DNA of 64,000 nt from Octopus sinensis (lineage: Eukaryota). The notes beneath the pieces were generated by a model. The model did not search any database, was not told where the DNA came from, and saw only the letters and a program-made list of their open reading frames with translations. The stretch covers positions 125,426,001-125,490,000 of the forward strand of contig NC_042997.1 of NCBI RefSeq assembly GCF_006345805.1, in the 5' to 3' direction. Each line of letters begins with the position of its first letter. The stretch's first letter is position 1. This document shows, piece after piece, positions 49,347-63,958 of the stretch. The position numbers were made by a program, and so were the translations under genes.

Positions 49347-50245
49347 CACAGATGTGTATATATGTGTATGTGTGTGTGTCTGTATGTCTTTTTTATATAT
49401 GACTGCGTATGTATGACAATGTTATTGCACATGTGTATCTATATACCAATATGGCGTATATATCAATGCATGACTATATGCGAATGTGCACATTTGACTA
49501 CGTAGATGTACGTGTGTCTATGTGCCAATAAGAGCATGTGTATTTTTGTGCGCTTGTATGAGACAACGACGTCATGTACAGTATATATATGAAAATATAT
49601 ATGAGTTTCTATATCCATTTATATGCACCAACGTACGTATGTATGTGTGTGTATGAGAGAGAGTGAGTGTATGTACGTCTCCTTTTCTATATGCGAGTGT
49701 GATTGTGTTATATGGCAGAATACCTCCGTGTATGGCTAGGAACGTCAATCAAAGTCAAATTTTAACCGAAACTTCAAAGCAAGTTTGTGCGTTATTTTTA
49801 CTCAGCTTTCAGCTCTTAGATCTTCCATATTGATCGAAGACATTCAAGATAGTGTGTGTATGTCTGAGATAAAGATTGTCTGTACGCCTGCGTGTGTTGC
49901 TATATTTGTTCATATGTGTGCGTCGGAGCCTCTTACATGCCTGTCTTTGTGAATATATATATGTATATGAGCGTGTGTGTATATATGTATGTGTGTATGT
50001 GTGCGAGCGCGTATGAGTATTGTTTCAAGAACAGGAAAATGAGAACTTACATATGAAGTGGAGTATGTATAAACTTTGATTAGCTGTGATTGTTACAGTG
50101 ACTCATGAGCTTGGACGTTCGTGCCTTGCTAGAATATATGTGCGTATATGTATGTACATATATTGCGTGTATGAATATATATATATATATATATACATAC
50201 ATACATACATGCATGCATACATACATACATACATACATACACACA

Positions 50246-50279
<34 letters not shown>

Positions 50280-50317
50280 CATACATACATACATATATAT
50301 GTATAGACTTACATATT

Positions 50318-50365
<48 letters not shown>

Positions 50366-50616
50366 ATGTGTGATCTGTATTGTATGTATGTGGCTATACG
50401 CATATGTAATCATAGATGATATATAGATAGAGAGGTAGATAAATATATATACTAGTATATACATTTATATATATAAACATATATATATGTATGTATGTAT
50501 ACATATATGTAGTATGTGTATATGTATGTATGTATGTATGCATGTATACATATATATGCATGTGTATATGTATGTATGTATACATATATATGATGTGTAT
50601 ATGTATATATATATAT

Positions 50617-50680
<64 letters not shown>

Positions 50681-50700
50681 AGTATGTGCATGTATGTATA
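48360..50700. repeat. Extended microsatellite-dominated region ((TATG)n, (TA)n, (TG)n), including a diverged family A 3' half at 48590-48790
   Basis: Direct reading. Confidence 0.85.
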
Positions 50701-51856
50701 TATGCTGTTGTATGTGTGTTTCTGTAAATGAGTGAGAGATTTTAAGAGCACATTTGTGTTTTACCGTGCTTATATGTTCAGATTAATATTTACCAGTCTA
50801 TTATTGTCTTTCTAACTAAATATATGAATGTGTATCCAAGTGCACCTTCGTGTCTGTGTGTGAGCTATGTTAATATGCCAGCCATCGAGGAGCATTTATT
50901 TGTTCAGTGTTTCAAGTGAATGTTTACACAACAAGCACAGATGAACCCGTACATACATAAATACATAGATACGTATACACTTACGCGCTTATATACACGG
51001 TGGTTGCTCCATCTTTAGAGCTGATTGCTGTCTTCTTTTGCGTCCTCGTTGTAAATGGTATTTCTGACTTCCCGTTCATGATCTCCCACATGATTTTCAC
51101 TACTGTTGAAGATTCTCATGGTCTGAAGCGTAGGTATGAGACGAAAGTTGTAACTTAATGTGCGTTTCAAGCTAATTAGACCTCTGCAGGTCACCGCTCC
51201 TCTATCACCATAAAACTCTCTTTATATGGAAGGGCAAATAAGGTCAGCATAAAGAGACATCTGCACAGAATTACATTATGCTGATAAAGTCTTGTGCAAT
51301 CTGTGTAACCACTCTCAGAGTCTCCATGTGTTTACCGTCATCGAATCACCGCAGGGGAAGTTCACCATAAGAAATGTTCACTGATTACACGTTTCCATCA
51401 CCATTACTTTCGGGGGTTTTTTTCCTGCTTTTTTTGTTTTGTTTTGTTTTTTTATTTTTGAAATAGAATAGTTTTCACCTATTAATGGTGAGATATAATG
51501 GATATATTTTCTCAGTAAACTTTCCTCGCAGCGAACTTTCTTCATGCTGAACCATCACGGTGAATTGATGGCTATGAACTTATCTGTAGTCATCATGGTT
51601 TGTACCTAGTGTCAAACCGAAGCGAAATGACTAATCACATGAAACTGCATGTTTTACATCAGCTTCCCCCCCCCCCACCGCACGCACGCACACACAACAC
51701 ACACACACACACACACACACACACCTCTATGTAGCATATTGTGACACCAGCAACAGGTTTCCCATTACCAGTAATTTTACTGTGCACCCTGACACTAACC
51801 AAGGATATTCTTGCATTCCGAAGCTCAGATGGAATGTCATTACCTACCAGTTAGTC

Positions 51857-52267
51857 CAGGAGTGGCTATGTGGTAAGTAGCTTACTTACGAACCACATGG
51901 TTCTGGGTTCAGTCCCACTGCGTAGCACCTTGGGCAAATGTCTTCTACTATAGACTCGGGCCGACCAAAGCTTTGTGAGTGGATTTGGTAGACGGAATCT
52001 GAAAGAAGCCCGTCGTATATATTTACATATATATGTATGTGTGCGTATATATGTTTATGTGTCTGTGTTTGTCCCCCACCCCAACATCGCTTGACAACCG
52101 ATGCTGGTGTGTTTATGTCCCTGTAAGTTAGCGGTTCGGCAAAAGAGACCGATAGAATAAGTACTAGGCTTACAAAGAATAAGTCCTGGCGTCGATTTGC
52201 TCGACTAAAGGCGGTGCTCCAGCATGGGCACAATCTAATGACTGAAACAAGTTAACGAGTAAAAGAG
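51857..52267 (+). mobile_element. SINE family A, full length
   Basis: Direct match to the family consensus. Confidence 0.9.
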
Positions 52268-52824
52268 TGTAGGGGCTACTACACCGGGTCAGAACTGACC
52301 TGGGAATAATAATCGTTGAGAGATGATCCCACATTCATCTAAAGCCTGGAAGACCCGAACAAGGATATACGTATATGATGATGATTGATTCATCATGTCA
52401 GATGATAACTGTCACACATTGATATGATAGTGAGATATTTGTATGTCCCTAAATATAAGTGACAAAGGCTTGTATAACATTTTTGCCTATTTTTCGGTCA
52501 CCATCGTAGGTTCCAGTGACGAGCATTAGAAGATGACTGGTAATGTTTTGACTGCAGGTTTATGTCAGAGTGTGTTTCTCCTGGAAGAATTGCCTGCCTC
52601 AAAGCTTTGTCAAAAATTATAAGAACTTCCTCTATCCCTGAGAAATGTATTTGATGGGATCCTGATATGTACCAGATGGGATGATGACAGCTACTACCGT
52701 CCCAAAGTGGAAGCTCACCACTGGGTGCAGTTTAATGCCATATTTAGGACAAATATAGCCATACATACATACATACACATACATACATACATACAACATA
52801 CATACATACATACACATACACATA

Positions 52825-53184
52825 CATGATGGCTGCCTCCTCGTTATCGAATATGGCCATTACACGAAGTTTAACTGTTATTGGTGATGTGATCGAATGT
52901 GACTTTTTAGCCCAGCTAAAGATCTAGAACCTTTACCGGTAATAGCCGGCTGTAGATGTAACGGCTTCATGTACTTTTGCATGTCGTTTAAGTCCTCCTG
53001 CCGAATTACACTCTCTTCCACATGCCTGACAGATATTATTAGTATGGTGTACCACCACCAGTGGCCAGGTTGTCACTCATCTGTCTCGCTTTATGACTAC
53101 GAAGATGACTCTTGAGTCTAGCTTTACTGAGACAGGGTCTTGCACAGACAATGCATGTCAGCATCATAAGAAGATCCTTCCCAT
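52825..53184 (-). mobile_element. RTE-type LINE 3' end with three C2H2 zinc fingers, embedded in (TATG)n
   Basis: CIVCARPCLSKARLKSHLRSH (53093-53155), CQACGRECNSAGGLKRHAKVH (52969-53031), GKGSRSLAGLKSHIRSHHQ* (52878-52937). Short UTR ending GGCAGCCATC, then (ATGT)n. Confidence 0.7.
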
Positions 53185-53914
53185 CATACATACATACATA
53201 CATACATACATACATACATACATACATACATACATACATACATACATACATACATACATAATGGGTGAAACTCGAGTTCGTAAAATGCGATCACTTGATA
53301 GTTCTCCTTAACATAAATAACCTTTATTTTGTTTTTCAGTCCTGCCGGGTATCTAGCCTTCTTTTTGTACAGATATGGCAACGAGGAGCGCTTCTTGTAG
53401 CAGGTTTTTAGACAGCGTATCACCCATATAAATACAAGCTTTCATTCCAGCATGGAAGTTTTCTTTGCGTGTTTTGCCTTTTTCGGCTACGACCAGCCTA
53501 TAACATGCAACAGATAACAGAGACGTTACAAGTGTGATGCCGGAACCTGAAGCTTTTCAAATGAAGCAAAACCTTCTACAAAGTTAATCACACTTTCTGA
53601 GCAAAGCATGCATTTACCAAAAACAGACCTAAGATACAAAAGTCGCAGAGATTCCATATTCCAAGAGATATGTCTAAACAAAGACAAGGAGTTTTATTAC
53701 TCCCAACTGTTGTATGGCGATTAATTCTACGGTGTGGCTGTGGGTTAATTCTAGACAAATTCTAGATGAATTGGATTAATTCTAGATTAATTCTACTGTG
53801 TGGCTGTGTACCAGTGGGTTGAAGTCAGAAGGATATTACGGTATCGTGCTTCTTTGGAATTAATAACTATCTCTCCTGAAAAAATCTCAAAACTTCTGGA
53901 AAGCACCATGTGTT

Positions 53915-54266
53915 TGTATGTGTTTGTATGTGTGTGTATGTATGTATGTATGTATGTATGTATGTATGTATGTATGTATGTATGTACGTATGTGTGTGCA
54001 TATATGTATGTGTGTATGTATGCATGCATGTATGTATGTAAGCTCGTCTGTATGTATGCATGCATGTATGTATGTACGTATGTATGTATGTCATATGCAT
54101 GTATGTATATACGTATGTGTGTGTATATCTGTATGTGTGTATGTATGTATGTATGTTATGTATGTATGTATGTATGTATGTATGCATGTAAGCTTGTCTA
54201 TACGAATGTATGTATGTATGCATGCATGCATGCATGTATGTATGTATGTATGTATGTATGTATGTA
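53915..54266. repeat. (TATG)n degenerate microsatellite
   Basis: Direct reading. Confidence 0.95.
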
Positions 54267-54368
54267 TGTCATTATTCAGTTTATTTCAAGATTTCTTGCC
54301 AATAGAGAAAGAACCGGTTTCTAACCTAGATCCAAAGCTCCTTCATTGAAATTTCAACATCAACAACA
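54267..54368 (-). mobile_element. LINE family C 3' UTR-only copy with (TACA)n tail
   Basis: TCATTATTCAGTTTATTTCAAGATTTCTTGCCAATAG...CTAGATCCAAAGCTCC...TTTCAACATCAAC. Confidence 0.85.
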
Positions 54369-54498
54369 TGTGTGCGTGTGCGTGTTTACATGTCTGTGTT
54401 CATGTCTGCCTTTACGTTAACATCGCTTAAAAAAACGACGCTCCATGTTTTTGTCCCCAAACGTAGAGCTTCGAGAAATTATATACCTATAAGATATG

Positions 54499-54781
54499 CG
54501 GAAGCGCCCAGTGGTTAGGGCAGCGGACTCGCGGTCGGAGGATCGCAGTTTCGATTCCCAGACCGGGCGTTGTGTGTCTTTATTGAGCGAAAATACCTAA
54601 AAGCTCCACGAGTCTCCCCTGTTGTACGCTTTCGCCACAACTTTCTCTGACTCTCTTTTCCTGAACTTGAGTAACGCTGCGATGGATTGGCGTCCCGTCC
54701 AACTGGGGGGGGGGCACATACGCCACAGAAACCGGGAAACCGGGCCCATGAGCCTGGGTAGGCTTGAAAAGGGCGACGAAG
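54499..54781 (+). mobile_element. tRNA-derived V-domain-like SINE, 11-bp TSD
   Basis: Homologous to 17134-17425 (GATGGATTGGCGTCCCGTCC core). TSD TATAAGATATG at 54488-54498 and 54782-54792. Confidence 0.85.
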
Positions 54782-55106
54782 TATAAGATATGTACAGAAG
54801 TACATGTTACGGTCTTCTCGACAAATGTTCTCTGAAATTATACCCACCGCTGATTTTGTTACGACGTTTCGTATCCAATACAGCAGATGTAAACAAACAA
54901 TGAGATCAAAGATAAAAGAATGGGTGGTGGGCGTTTATGCCATACTTCGGCAGATTTTGCCCCTTCATCGGCACCCACCTAATCTACCAGAAGTATTTCC
55001 CAGTCAATGATCACAAAATTAACGTGGGAAAGACCATAAAGAACCGTCGTTAACGCCAGTGAAAGTAAGATAACAGTTTTATGACATAATTATATATATA
55101 TATATA

Positions 55107-55167
<61 letters not shown>

Positions 55168-55169
55168 AT

Positions 55170-55388
55170 TTTATTCTTTTATTTGTTTCAGTCATTTGAC
55201 TGCGGCCATGATGGAGCACCGCCTTTAGTCGAACAAATCTACCCCAGGACTTATTCTTTGTAAGACTAGTATTTACTCTATCGGTCTCTTTTGCCGAACC
55301 GCAAACGTTACGGGGACGTAAACACACTGGGACTGAACCCGGAACCATATGGTTGGTAAGCAAGCTACTTTCCACACAGCCACTCTTG
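55170..55388 (-). mobile_element. SINE family A with internal deletion
   Basis: The 3' half joins directly to the head at AAACACAC|TGGGACTGAACC. Confidence 0.85.
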
Positions 55389-55752
55389 CACATGATGTAT
55401 ATATCATTATTCTTTTTCTTTTCTTTTTCCGATAGTTTTTATCAACCTTCCACTTTTTGCATCTACCTTCTTGTTCTTTCTCGTGACCTCTCTTGACCCA
55501 GCGTCCTGACTTGTAAATTGAATAGGCTGTGTGCTCAGAGACCGAAGATTACTTGGAGACACAAGGACTGTTAGAAAAAGCTGCCTAGACTCGTGGCTCC
55601 AGTGCCTGAGACTACTAGTGGCTCATATCTTTATACTGTGTACATTAAATGATATCTATTTCTCACTGGACGGAGTATATATTTTTTTGATCTTATCATA
55701 ACAAACAAAATGAAATATACATAATGCATAGATATATATACGTATACATATA

Positions 55753-55847
<95 letters not shown>

Positions 55848-56452
55848 GCATACATATATATGCGTGATCGTGTTGTGTCTGTGTGTCTGTCTGTGTGTAT
55901 GTCTGTCTGTGTGCGTGTGTAATGATATCTGTACAGATGATATAGTCCGAATGACACAAGCATAAATTATAAAGTATCCGAACGATGATTTATTATAAAA
56001 ATATAAACGAATGTCCGAATGATTTATTAGTGAAATGAGAAAGTAGAAATATTTAAAATATATTGTGAAGTAGACAACAGAAATATGTAAATTTTAGTGT
56101 AAAATATGACAATAGATATATAAATAAAATTGAGGGTGAAATAGAAAGGCAAATATATATTATTTGTAGAGAAAAATAGGACAACGAAATATTTTATTTG
56201 TGGGGTAAAATAGGACAATAATATTTTGCAGGGCAAAAACGAAGCGTAAAAAGATTAAATTTTGAGGGTTAAACACGAAAGCTAAGATAATTAATTTGTG
56301 GAGTAATAGGTAAGAGAAAATTATAATTTGTAGGATAACATATAAAAGTAAGAAATTTAATTCATGGAGTATTTTCTATTTGTGCGTGATTGCATTTGTA
56401 GATATAAATATGAAAATATATGAAATGTATATGTATGTATGCTTGAATGTAA

Positions 56453-56830
<378 letters not shown>

Positions 56831-57249
56831 ACACACCTACATAAGTATTGGTGTGTATGTATATACAATTGCGTAGATAAGCAGACACAAACTAAATATA
56901 TTTTGAAATACCATGCATGTATGTGTGTATGAATATATATACATAGGAATACTGCTTTATCTAGTTCCAGCTATGTGCACTACATAACTGTGCTCCTCAG
57001 AGAGAGCTGAATGTGTTCCAAAACAGAGCGAGGTAACATCTACAAAAGCTTTTAACAATCTACAAAAGGAACATCAAAAACGAGACTGCTTTGGTCATAG
57101 TATACACAGTAATGGTACTATAACCAACACGAGCAGTTTATTTTGTCATTTATATATGAAGAAATTACTTCGACATAATATATACACAAACGCACTCACA
57201 CATATACATGCACATTACTCTCTCACAGTCACACACCAACACACAACAC

Positions 57250-57305
<56 letters not shown>

Positions 57306-57833
57306 CTATATATATATATAATATATATTATATATATATATATATATATACACGCGCGCATAAGCATCCATATATCCATACATATATATTATATACCATT
57401 GTTCGTTTCTGCGTGTTTGCATACATTCATTACAAATATGTACAACCATGAGTGTTATGTATGAATGTACGCACATGTATTTCAATATATATATATATAT
57501 ATATAGATGGTGCTTGTGGGTTTGCTACTGGATATATAAACGAGAGAAAAAGTACTTAATATAATATATATTATAAAATTTATATTTCATACAAATATAC
57601 GAATTGGCACAAACGCCCACATGCGCGTACACACAGTCGCATTTATATGCATATGTATCTGTCTGTGTGTGTATGTATGAATATATATATATATATAAAT
57701 ACATATATATACATGCTTATATATATAGCTATCTACACGCATTTATATATATGTATATATATATGTATAAATATGTCAATCTACATCTAAATAAATTATA
57801 TATATACTTACATAAATACATATGAATGTGTAA

Positions 57834-57869
<36 letters not shown>

Positions 57870-58006
57870 TTCTGTTTATATATATATATATATATACGAT
57901 GTGTGTGTATGTATGCATGTTTATATTCCCCAGTACACAGCTGAATAACCAAAACTTCAGGCTCTTTGTAGATTACTGTTGCTATTATATGTGTGTGCGT
58001 GCGTGC

Positions 58007-58059
<53 letters not shown>

Positions 58060-58879
58060 GTGTGTGTCTGTGTCTGTGTCTGTGTCTGTGTGCGTGTGTG
58101 TGTGTACCTCACTGCCTGTGTGTACCTCACTGCGTGTGCGTGTGTGTAGTCCCTGAAATTTGTACATCTTGTTCAATAAACTCGAAATTCTATGAACCAA
58201 TTTTATATTGAGTCGCTCTTCCGGGTCGGCTGGGAGACAGGACGCATTAATTTACGTATTAAGTAAAGAATGACCAAAGATTGTCCTGATCAAAGCGAAA
58301 GACTTTAGACAGTAAAATCCACCTTTAATATCCTTTAAGCCAATACACAAGTAACCTCATTTCTCTATTACGACCAATATTCATCTCTCCATTCCTTGTA
58401 GTGTTTATTTATCCGTAACTACTACACAAACAACGGTATTCAAATGCCAATTGAACGGCATTTAATTACTCTCATCATCTGCTCAGAATAAAATCTCAAT
58501 AGAATTATTAAACCGGGATTCGAATTTGTAATAAGGGGTCCTGATTACGTTAAACATGGATGTAATAAGATTTTATGGCATATGGGTGAGCTTAGAGAGT
58601 AAATTGATTTGATTCGTAAAATAATTACGGTTTTCTTTTCTCTCAAATAACCTTAATAACCTCTTCATCTCATCCGCCGCGAGATATACAGTTTAAATAC
58701 GATTAGAGATGGAATTTAAAATGGAGGAAATGGTTTCCCTATTTTCGTTTCTGTGATTGACTTCTTTTTTTTATTTTAAAACAAAAATTGCGTTTTATTT
58801 CGGGTTATCTTTCCAACCACATATCCTCGAGCAAGTACGCTACCATTTTATTTCATATATTTTACAATACGTGAGATAG

Positions 58880-59490
<611 letters not shown>

Positions 59491-59504
59491 TATGCATGCA
59501 AACA

Positions 59505-59720
59505 TATACAGTCTTACCAGTGAGCAAGTAGTCGCAAGTAAAGCGCCAAGCCGTGACAATTGATCTAATTTGTACGGATTTAACAGCGAAGATACAGCCA
59601 ACATCATAAGCAGCTGTCCGAAAATATTATCACGTTGCTATCTATCAAGGAGGCATGAGCTGGTTGCAAAACACTATAAAATGCAATCCATAAAAAGAAC
59701 TCGACTACACACGTATGGAT
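59505..59720 (+). mobile_element. LINE family C CCHC-region fragment
   Basis: DN*SNLYGFNSEDTANIISSCPKILSRCYLSRRHELVAK aligns to the knuckle region of 17768-18525 and 18626-20230. Confidence 0.7.
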
Positions 59721-59906
59721 AGCATGCAAATGCATGATGATTATTAACTCGTGTCTAACGATCTTTACTGTCTATTGTAAGGAACGTGGTTTCGACAGTG
59801 GCTCTCTTAGCTCTGTAGGATTTTACATGTGTTTTGTCAGAACCTTTTAAACACCCTGAAGGTGATCATCATCTTTAAGTTGAATCTATAAGAGAGCTGC
59901 TATATT

Positions 59907-60275
59907 CTTTTCTACTCTAGACGCAAGGCCCGAAATTTTGAGGGAGGGCGCCAGTCGATTATATCGACCTCAGTACGCAACTGGTATTTAATTTATCGAC
60001 CCTGAAAGGATGAAAAGCAAAGTGGACCACTGCGGAATTTGAACTCAGAATGTAAATACAGACGAAATACCTATTTCTTTACTACCCACAAAGGCCTAAA
60101 CACAGAGAGGACAATCAAGGATCAACAGACAAACGGATTTAGTCAATTACATCGGCCCCAGTGCATAACTGGTACTTAATTTATCGACCTCTAAAGGAGG
60201 AAAGGCAAAGTCGAGCTCGGCGGAATTTGAACTCAGAACGTAGCGGCAGACGAAATACCGCTAAGCATCTCGCCT
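59907..60275 (-). mobile_element. SINE family B dimer with 18-bp TSD
   Basis: TAAGAGAGCTGCTATATT at 59889-59906 and 60276-60293 brackets two cores joined by the long tail. Confidence 0.92.
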
Positions 60276-61379
60276 TAAGAGAGCTGCTATATTTACTTTG
60301 AAATTGTAGTACGTCTCTCAGGACTATAATCGACCCTTGTTCTCTAACACAAAATATATTTCAATCATACTTTCTCTACTTTCGCTTTGTTTATATTCAG
60401 ATAAGACTGGATTTCGATCAGTTATGCCAAGCTAACTTAACAGAAAAGACAGACCATTGTTCGTTCACTTTTTCCAGAACTGCCTCTAATTTCCCAAAAT
60501 TTTCTTCACGGCCGTTCACGTGGCAAGTGAATTCTTTCGCCAACACGGACGACAAGGAGATGACTACATGCCTCTCATATACTTCCATCTATATGTCTAA
60601 CATATATTTCCAACTTGTTAGCTTTGTATGCGTTACCACTTTCCTATCGCTTGAAAACTATATAAAAGAAAGAAAGAAAAACAAGAAGAAAGAAAATCAG
60701 TAAAGCCCATGTGTAATTTTATGTCCAATAAAGCTTGCACAATACTTTATAAATATTAGCGACACCAATCTCACCAGTCTCGATATGCCTGAAAAAGTTT
60801 GGGCAATGACCCTTCCTCCAGCCCTACCAAGTAAAAAAATAACATCGCCACAGTACTGGAAGGGTCCAGAGATAAACTGAAGCAAGATAACTTATTGTCA
60901 AACAGATGGTAAGATCGAGAGTATAAGCTTGAGATGTGAGTCAAAGGTGAGGAATTACAACAAGACGAAATCTTGCGGGAGTTTCAATGCACAAGTCTCC
61001 GATATCCAAGTGGCTAAAAAGTATCAACAGAAGGGTACTCAGAAGTCATGACCTGGAGGCGGTCTGGAACCCTTAGAATATAAGAAATTACGGGCCGAAA
61101 AACTTGCCTAAATAGGTTTTCTTCTCTGAAGACTACTGTTCAGTTTTAATGAGAATTTCTTACCACTGTGCCGAAAATCTCCAAAACAGTTAAGAGTATT
61201 CCTGGAATAACAAGGTTTATATCAAAATTAACTGCTCCAAATGATGTTCCAGCAAACGTTAAGGGTTGTCTCACATTTTGCGGCAACCCAAGATTTCTCA
61301 GTACTTGCATCATTGGTACATAGTCGGAGGTCGAACGATAGAGTTTATATATATGTATATATATATGCATGCGTGTGTA

Positions 61380-61595
61380 TATGTTTGTGTGTCTGTGTTT
61401 GTCCCCACAACATCGCTTGACAACCGATGCTGGTGGGTCCACGTCCCCGTAACATAGCGGTTCGGCATAAGAGTCCGATAGAATAAGTACTAGGCTTACA
61501 AAGAATATGTCCTGGGGTCGATTTGCTCGACTAAAGGCGGTGCTCCATCATGGCCGCAGTCAAATGACTGAAACAAGTAAAGAAGTAAAAGAGAA
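61380..61595 (+). mobile_element. SINE family A, 3' half
   Basis: Direct match to the family consensus. Confidence 0.85.
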
Positions 61596-61689
61596 GTATT
61601 CAAAAGAGCCTTGCCATTTTGTTCGTAAGCAGCTTCAATTCCGCAAAACTTAAATCCTAAAGAATTCATGCATTCTTACAATAAATTCA

Positions 61690-61930
61690 CACACACACAT
61701 ACATACATACATACATACATACATACATACATACATACATACATACATACATACATACATACATACATGCATGCATACGTACGTACATACATACATACAT
61801 ACATACATACATACATACATACATACATACATGCATGAATGCATGCATGCATACTTACATGCATGCATACATACATACATACATACATACATACATACAT
61901 ACATACATACATACATACATACATACATAG
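61690..61930. repeat. (TACA)n microsatellite
   Basis: Direct reading. Confidence 0.95.
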
Positions 61931-62094
61931 TAGTCACCATTCTTCGAGTTTCAAGCGTCTTTATTAAGTACGTTAAATCGCTCGCGGTCTTATGTTCACG
62001 TTATTTAAAGTTTTCTTGGCATGTCACTTCTTAATAATCTAATTATCGTGTTACCGAACGCTGCTTTCTCTAAGTCAAACTGAAAGGTCACAGC

Positions 62095-62295
62095 GTGTTC
62101 ATTCAACCTGATAATTGTAGCAGCTAAATCTCACCTTAAATCACATCCTATAGTCTCAAAATCAATCTATATTAGACAATATAGTCCTGAATATGTGAAC
62201 TTTTGGGATGATAATGGTTGAAACGTCTTTGGTCAAAGGTAAGCTTGAATAGACCTGAATTAGGGTCAAAACAAAAATGATAGCAAAAACAACAA
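62095..62295 (+). mobile_element. Repeat family D, diverged
   Basis: GCAGCTAAATCTCACCTTAAATCACATCCTA...GACAATATAGTCC...GGTCAAAACAAAAA. Confidence 0.5.
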
Positions 62296-62505
62296 TGATG
62301 TATAATGTGATCAAAATGTCATAAAAATCATTTCTATTCTAATATTTCATTTGCTTAATTAATTAATTAGCACCGGGAAGGAAATAAAATGCCGACCTTG
62401 GCTAAAGTCGGTATATTAAGATACCGTTGTGCCGAATGTCTGTTATTGCTGTTTAGTCTGTTATCCGCGTTTCAGCAGTCCTATGGCATTCCATAAGATC
62501 TAAGC

Positions 62506-63218
62506 CGGTGGCTATCTCTCTTCTACTTGTTTCAGTCATTTGACTGCGGCCATGCTGGAGCACCGCCTTTAGTCGAGCAAATCGTCCCAGGACTTATTCT
62601 TTGTAAGCCTAGTAGTTATTCTATCGGTCTTTTTGCTGAACCGCTCAATGATGGAGACGTAAACACACCAGCATCGGTTGTCAAGCAATGTGTTGGGGAC
62701 AAACACACAAACATATACACACACATACATATATACGACGGGCTTCTTTCAGGTTCCGTCTACCAAATCCACTCACAAGGCTTTGGTCAGACCAAGGCTA
62801 TAGTAGAAGACACTTGCCCAAGGTGCAACGCAGTGGGACTGAACCCGGAACTATGTGGTTGGTAAGCAAGCTACTTACCACACAGCCACTCCTGCGCCTA
62901 TCAACTACTTTTTATCTATGGTCCCCTTTGATTATTATTTTATTCTGTATAAACTCCACAGACACTTGATTTTTAAAAGCTAGTTTTATAGATACTTCTT
63001 TCAAAATACCGATGTTGTTCATAACACATTCACTTGTGTAGTTGGACTATGTAAATCGTTAAAGAAACCTGTTTCTTGCAATAAATAAATCTATAGCGAA
63101 ATTTATCATGAGCTCTTGGAATAAATCTGTGAACCTAATTTACTATTTTTCTTATATGAATCCCCAAAAATCTTATATGAGTTCCAGGAATTATATAGGC
63201 CCCGGTTGAGAATCACTG
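62506..63218. mobile_element. hAT-type MITE whose left TIR is split by a family A SINE
   Basis: CGGTGGCT|SINE|ATCAAC reconstitutes a CAGTGGTTCTCAAC-like TIR. Right end GGTTGAGAATCACTG. Body is the reverse complement of 36437-36728 (GGTCCCCTTTGATTATTAT). Confidence 0.65.
62517..62899 (-). mobile_element. SINE family A, full length
   Basis: Direct match to the family consensus. Confidence 0.9.
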
Positions 63219-63846
63219 GTCCGTGAGGATATGCTGTCTTTTCTTTTTCAAGAATAATGTAACCAGTGATTTTTCCTTTTCAAGCCAGATGTAGCGTGAT
63301 TTGAAGGAGGCCATGTTGTTATTTCTATCAGGTCACTGACGCTCCATCGTTGTTTCATTCTGTGATAAAATAATCGAAGCTAGTGTATAAGGGAAATGGG
63401 GTAGAACAGTCAACTGTTTGCACCAGTGAAACTCATTTTATCGACTTCTCAAGAATAAAAGATTTGAACTGAAAACAAAACAGCGATACCACTTGCAGAA
63501 GTAAAAAATAGATATTCACTTCCGAAGTCTCTGGTTAATTAAAGAAAAAATACGACATACAGTTCATGTGTAAAAGTCTAAACAGCATTCAGTTGTAAAA
63601 CGGTGACGGGTGACGAAATTAAATAAAATCCGTAGAGAACTTTCTGGTTTGCGTCTCGGCCCTACCTTCTTTTCCATTCAAATTTGTATTATCATGAACA
63701 AAAGAAATAAATAAGTCTCCTTTAATGAAATTCCTAATCTATGGGGAGCTGCAAATGCTATAAGCAATGATCTGACAACTAAGATTAAAGTATTAGAATA
63801 ATGAAAGTTTGTCTTTATATACATTAGTCAAATAAAGATGAGAAGT

Positions 63847-63875
63847 AACTTTTGAAGGTTGTTTTTTATGTTTAT

Positions 63876-63922
<47 letters not shown>

Positions 63923-63958
63923 TATATATATAAACATAAAAAACAACCTTCAAAAGTT
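63847..63958. repeat. Perfect inverted repeat centred on a (TA)n tract
   Basis: AACTTTTGAAGGTTGTTTTTTATGTT-(TA)n-AACATAAAAAACAACCTTCAAAAGTT. Confidence 0.9.

Noticed and set aside
61146-61330. Minus-strand open frame (FGAVNFDINLVIPGILLTVLEIFGTV) ending at GTG|GTAAGA
   Set aside because: No recognisable family and a weak acceptor, and the ORF start lies in a SINE. Could be revisited with RNA-seq.
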